A DNA stretch of 9,532 bases from Amoeboradix gromovi X-113 (Eukaryota; Fungi; Sanchytriomycota). This document shows, piece after piece, positions 6,256 through 9,532 of the stretch. Each line of letters starts with the position of its first letter. The stretch's first letter is position 1. The position numbers were made by a program, and so were the translations under genes. The notes beneath the pieces were generated by a model. The model had not been told where the DNA came from and made no database searches. It saw nothing but the letters and a program-made list of their open reading frames with translations. The DNA lies in the NCBI GenBank assembly GCA_018985225.1, contig JADGIF010000385.1, forward strand, positions 1-9,532, given 5' to 3'.

Positions 6256-7712
6256 TATATTGGCACTTTTCTACAATAAAACAACAGGTATGCTTTCGTA
6301 TTCAAAACTTCCTCTGGCGAAACTTGATCCACTTTGTGGTCGTCAAACAGAAACCATCTCTCGTTATATTTGGAATACATAGTGTAATGACCACTATCTA
6401 GCTTACCTCGATGTTGTATTACAGCAAATAACTCATACCACATGTTATTATCAGTACTGTATTTGCTCATGTTTAGCTCCATAGGAAAGAATATGAGGGT
6501 GTCTATCTTTTGTCTTACATTGCTGGAATTCTTGCTTACGCTTTTAGCGACTTCAAACCTCTTTAGTTGGATTGCCAAAATATTTGGTAGCACTGAAAAT
6601 GTCATTTTTCTTTTCGCGTCTTGTTTCTTAAAGCATTTAGTGCAGGTAAAATGGTGCAACACTTCCTCACCAAAAAATCGGTCTAGACAGTTTATTAATG
6701 TACCTTTTGTACTATTAATCTTGATGTCCAGATTGATGTCAAGAACCGGATCAAACTTCTGACTTTTGACATCGCAGCTAGTACATCTTACGTTAGACTC
6801 CAATTTGGCACCAAATGCGTGATGAATTACACACGTGCAATTAACTTTTGGATCGCAATTTGCAGATAAAGCATCATGAAGGCTATTTAAAAGATGCATG
6901 AAATACTCATGGCTGTCTTGCTGCGAATGTCCAGCCAACTCTTTAAAAGCAATCCAGCTATGATACAGTAAGTTTGTGGGGCTGGTTGGCTTCAATAATG
7001 AAGGGTTAAAAGTGTCCTTGATCAACTCATCCAGATCGCAGGCAAAGCAGAAATCTGACAAATGCCTAACTTCGGAATCCGGTAGCGAATCTTCTAATGT
7101 ATGAAACTCGTGTTTGCCTTTTAAAAAAAAGTCCTGTATGATTGGATTATAAATCAGAGCTTGAACGATAACATTCAAGTAGCAAGTGTTACCAAGATTC
7201 AAAATGCCTCGCAATCCAGTGCACTTGGTAGGCTGAGAGTACTTTGAGATCAAAATTTGCTCATTGTCTAAATACGATCGTTCAACAACAAATCTGCCTA
7301 ATTCATCTTTTTTGAACGGAAGCTCGTTTTTGAGAAGTAGCGTAGTGTAGTATCGTATCAGGTAATAGATTTCGTCGTCATATACATAATTGATACATGT
7401 TTTGCAATAAACTTCACAATGATCAATGCTTATGTACAAAACTGCTGTGACATTTACGAACTTTAAAATACAAGAAAGACAGTAATACTCTGCCTTGGTT
7501 AGATTTACATGAATTCTATTGAAATTACTGCATTGCTGGCAGCGAATAGGCCTAACCACTGCACTTGATTTGATTACTTTTTGATATAGCAATTTGATAT
7601 GGCATAAATAGTAGACACAGTGATTAACCTCTTGCCAAAATGTGTTTTTGAGATATTCCAAGTGTTCACAAGCGGATCTCTTGAATGGTCTCGTTAAACA
7701 CATGTCTGTCAT
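6255..7712 (-). CDS. UBP8: ubiquitin-specific protease Ubp8/USP22 type (SAGA deubiquitinase), about 485 aa; start probably 7712 or 7703 rather than 7895
   Basis: N-terminal ZnF-UBP (CEH...CQQC...YCKTCINYVYD), Cys box GLRGILNLGNTCYLN, QQDSHEY, CTCVIH, fingers CxxC pairs, LKRF, His box HRGKLDSGHYT, WFLFDD, AYLLFY. Ubp8/USP22 proteins begin shortly before the CxH motif, which argues for the downstream ATG. Confidence 0.88.
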   Translation of the reverse strand: MTDMCLTRPFKRSACEHLEYLKNTFWQEVNHCVYYLCHIKLLYQKVIKSSAVVRPIRCQQCSNFNRIHVNLTKAEYYCLSCILKFVNVTAVLYISIDHCEVYCKTCINYVYDDEIYYLIRYYTTLLLKNELPFKKDELGRFVVERSYLDNEQILISKYSQPTKCTGLRGILNLGNTCYLNVIVQALIYNPIIQDFFLKGKHEFHTLEDSLPDSEVRHLSDFCFACDLDELIKDTFNPSLLKPTSPTNLLYHSWIAFKELAGHSQQDSHEYFMHLLNSLHDALSANCDPKVNCTCVIHHAFGAKLESNVRCTSCDVKSQKFDPVLDINLDIKINSTKGTLINCLDRFFGEEVLHHFTCTKCFKKQDAKRKMTFSVLPNILAIQLKRFEVAKSVSKNSSNVRQKIDTLIFFPMELNMSKYSTDNNMWYELFAVIQHRGKLDSGHYTMYSKYNERWFLFDDHKVDQVSPEEVLNTKAYLLFYCRKVPI

Positions 7713-8176
7713 GTTAAATGAAACAAAGTATCGAAGCTTGATTTTATGTGACAGAATTTGCAAAATAATCCCAACTGTAATCGAGAGGCACTCTATGTAT
7801 TTTGCTGACTTAGTTGAATTCACAACAAACAAATGACCAAGGCTCTTAAAGAAAAAAAGATTTTCTGGCAATTTATATGCTAAAGCCCACAACATTAACT
7901 TAGATTGATGACCGTAGTTGTTGATGATAAGATGAAAGATCTGGTTTACAGCCTGTTATAATTTTTATGGAACTAAAAGGGAGTAGTGGCTACTTACGCC
8001 TATTGAAATAGTCTGGTAAGATCTGTGAATGACTTGCATAAGTAGCATCCTGCTTATGTAATAAACAGTGTCAGCCTGACTCATCGTTATAAATCCCACG
8101 ACTAATTAAATAATTTCATATGTTAACTTTGTTTTCTTGCTTTTTTAAAATCTGAAACAGATCCGTATTTTCTGTT

Positions 8177-8662
8177 ATGATAGTAGATCTACTGCAAAAA
8201 TTCACAGAAACCCTGAACTCTGACTTGGAGATTGAAAACATTCAAAAGATTAAATCGTATCAAAAGGAATATAATGACTTGCTTAGTGAAATTCAGGAGC
8301 TACAACCGGATTTCGAGGTGTCAAATAGCGAACACTATGAGTCTCAAATTGAGCAATACCATACTAAAAACAAAATGTTACTTGATAGCATAAAACAATA
8401 TGAAATATTCTTAAAAGACTTGGAACAACCTTTGGAACAACTTCAGCAACATTTGGAGAAATGCGATGAACAAATTGCTAAGCTTGAAATCGAGGTAGGA
8501 GACGATCTGCATTACTTTGACCTTGACATAAAGCTATTTAAAGAACTGGGAATATTGGCAGATGATAATCAAATAATTGTGCAGCAAGAGCATCTGAAAA
8601 CCTTCAAAAGGATAACTACTGAGGACAACCCATGGGATTTTCTATATGAGAAAGAAGTTTAA
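8177..8662 (+). CDS. SPC24: coiled-coil protein, probable kinetochore Ndc80-complex subunit Spc24, 161 aa
   Basis: About 110 aa of heptad-rich E/Q/K/L sequence followed by LDIKLFKELGILADDNQIIV and a terminal PWDFL. This resembles yeast Spc24 LKLKLYRSLGVILD..NDQVLI...IWE (recalled, not searched). The CDS itself is solid; the name is moderately certain. Confidence 0.6.
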   Translation: MIVDLLQKFTETLNSDLEIENIQKIKSYQKEYNDLLSEIQELQPDFEVSNSEHYESQIEQYHTKNKMLLDSIKQYEIFLKDLEQPLEQLQQHLEKCDEQIAKLEIEVGDDLHYFDLDIKLFKELGILADDNQIIVQQEHLKTFKRITTEDNPWDFLYEKEV

Positions 8663-8666
8663 TAAA
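8661..8666 (+). terminator. putative poly(A) signal AATAAA(T) overlapping the stop codon of the Spc24-like gene
   Basis: TAA-TAAAT, stop at 8660-8662. Confidence 0.5.
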
Positions 8667-9453
8667 TGACTAGCACCAAAGTCTTCCTACTAAGTTATAC
8701 ATTGGTTTCTTGTTAGGTATATTTCAATGGTTGCGCCTATTACTGTCATGACAATAATACGTCGCCTTTTTATCACATCTTGCTATTCATCGTCTTGTTT
8801 GGTTGAGTAAAATGCTAAAATTGGTATTTTTAATTGACTTGGTTAATTCAGTCCAGTTTGCTGGTGCCTCCGATGATATACTTTATTTAAAAGTATTACT
8901 AGAGTTGTACAATATAGTTGAGGGAACATTTTGATAGATCTAGAGATCTAATAATTCATTAACTCTGGTGTAGCTCGATTGTTTTCTTGAGTAAATCATT
9001 TATCGCAAATTTGTATGCATTTTTAAATAATATCATGACTTTTCCAGATTTTTCCTACAGCTTAAATACCCGGTATTCTTTTCGCAAATGGTAAATCAAT
9101 TCCAAAGAAATAACTAGCAGGTACAACATACATTCTTCAACGCTGAAGAACTGCTCCAAACATGGAACAATTAGATGTCTTTCAATGCCTAGAATGAGAT
9201 GAACAATAAAATAAAATTGTAAACCGTTAATTTAATAATTCTTGTGACTGGTCTTACCGAATACGCGACAATAGAGATCGTATGGCAACAAGGAAGATAT
9301 ACCTCAAGTATATACATCCTTATCCAATCCCGCCACAGTGTAGTGCAAGCATAAGCAATCACTGTAACGGAGCATCTAGCACTACTTGTTTCTCTGTGGA
9401 ATTCTCGACTTTTTCGGAAATCAGGAATTTTAACGAGTCCGCCCATCATAGAT

Positions 9454-9532
9454 GGGACACCAAATATAAAAACTAGACTAACTCGTTTTTAAAGGTGCAC
9501 CATACGGAGGAAATGCTATCATCAATAAAAGA
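9454..9532. mobile_element. second copy of the MITE-like element (left end; runs off the window)
   Basis: Manual alignment to 5230-5308 gives 68 identities in 81 columns (8 substitutions, 5 gap columns), same orientation. Confidence 0.72.

Noticed and set aside
7344-7354. AGTGTAGTATC matching the U2 branch-pairing sequence (and ACAGAGAAG at 3761 matching U6)
   Set aside because: Both lie inside protein-coding genes and lack the flanking snRNA sequence.
1232-7836. Remaining short ORF-track entries antisense to or overlapping the main genes
   Set aside because: Shadow ORFs of real CDSs with no family motifs.
7713-7895. 61-aa N-terminal extension of the UBP8 ORF (and the 34-aa extension of PNKP at 2702-2803)
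   Set aside because: Unconserved-looking sequence upstream of where the families normally begin; probably open by chance.
7973-7997. Minus-strand GTAAGT...TTTTAG 25-nt intron candidate; on the + strand TACTTAC resembles the U1 snRNA 5' end
   Set aside because: No TAAC branch motif and no recognisable host ORF; the U1A loop, stem I and Sm site of U1 are not convincingly present.
8165-8183. GTATTTTCTGTTATGATAG, 19-nt GT-AG segment over the SPC24-like ATG
   Set aside because: No branch motif, and the nearest upstream ATG (8120) hits TGA before this point.
547-8662. The six genes as a functional cluster or prokaryote-type system (operon, CRISPR, defence island)
   Set aside because: They are unrelated eukaryotic housekeeping functions; no repeat-spacer array, tRNA, rRNA or transposase was seen.
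8789-9034. Minus-strand frame interrupted only by TAA/TAG, suggesting TAR=Gln recoding as in Amoeboaphelidium protococcarum
   Set aside because: All six real genes end in TAA or TAG at the expected C-termini and have no internal TAR codons, so the code is standard; the peptide is unrecognisable.

Overview
AT-rich, very gene-dense eukaryotic DNA in the standard genetic code. It is probably from an early-diverging fungus, which is an inference from gene content and not a database result. Six protein genes can be built, about 6.5 kb coding in 9.5 kb: ATP-dependent PEP carboxykinase (PCK1), polynucleotide kinase/3'-phosphatase (PNKP), branched-chain keto-acid dehydrogenase E1-alpha (BCKDHA), MOB4/phocein, Ubp8/USP22 deubiquitinase and a probable kinetochore Spc24. 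The main signal is a miniaturised gene-expression grammar. (1) The 'split' PCK1 and BCKDHA ORFs are each explained by one ultra-short GT-AG intron (20 and 19 nt), and both end in the identical fused branchpoint/acceptor TAACATAG. (2) All six genes have an A(A/G)TAAA(T/C) motif overlapping or within about 10 nt of the stop codon. (3) One tandem gene spacer is only 35 bp. The window also contains a ~275-bp MITE-like element with ~29-bp terminal inverted repeats, a second copy cut off by the right edge, and an apparent mitochondrial presequence on the normally cytosolic ATP-PEPCK.
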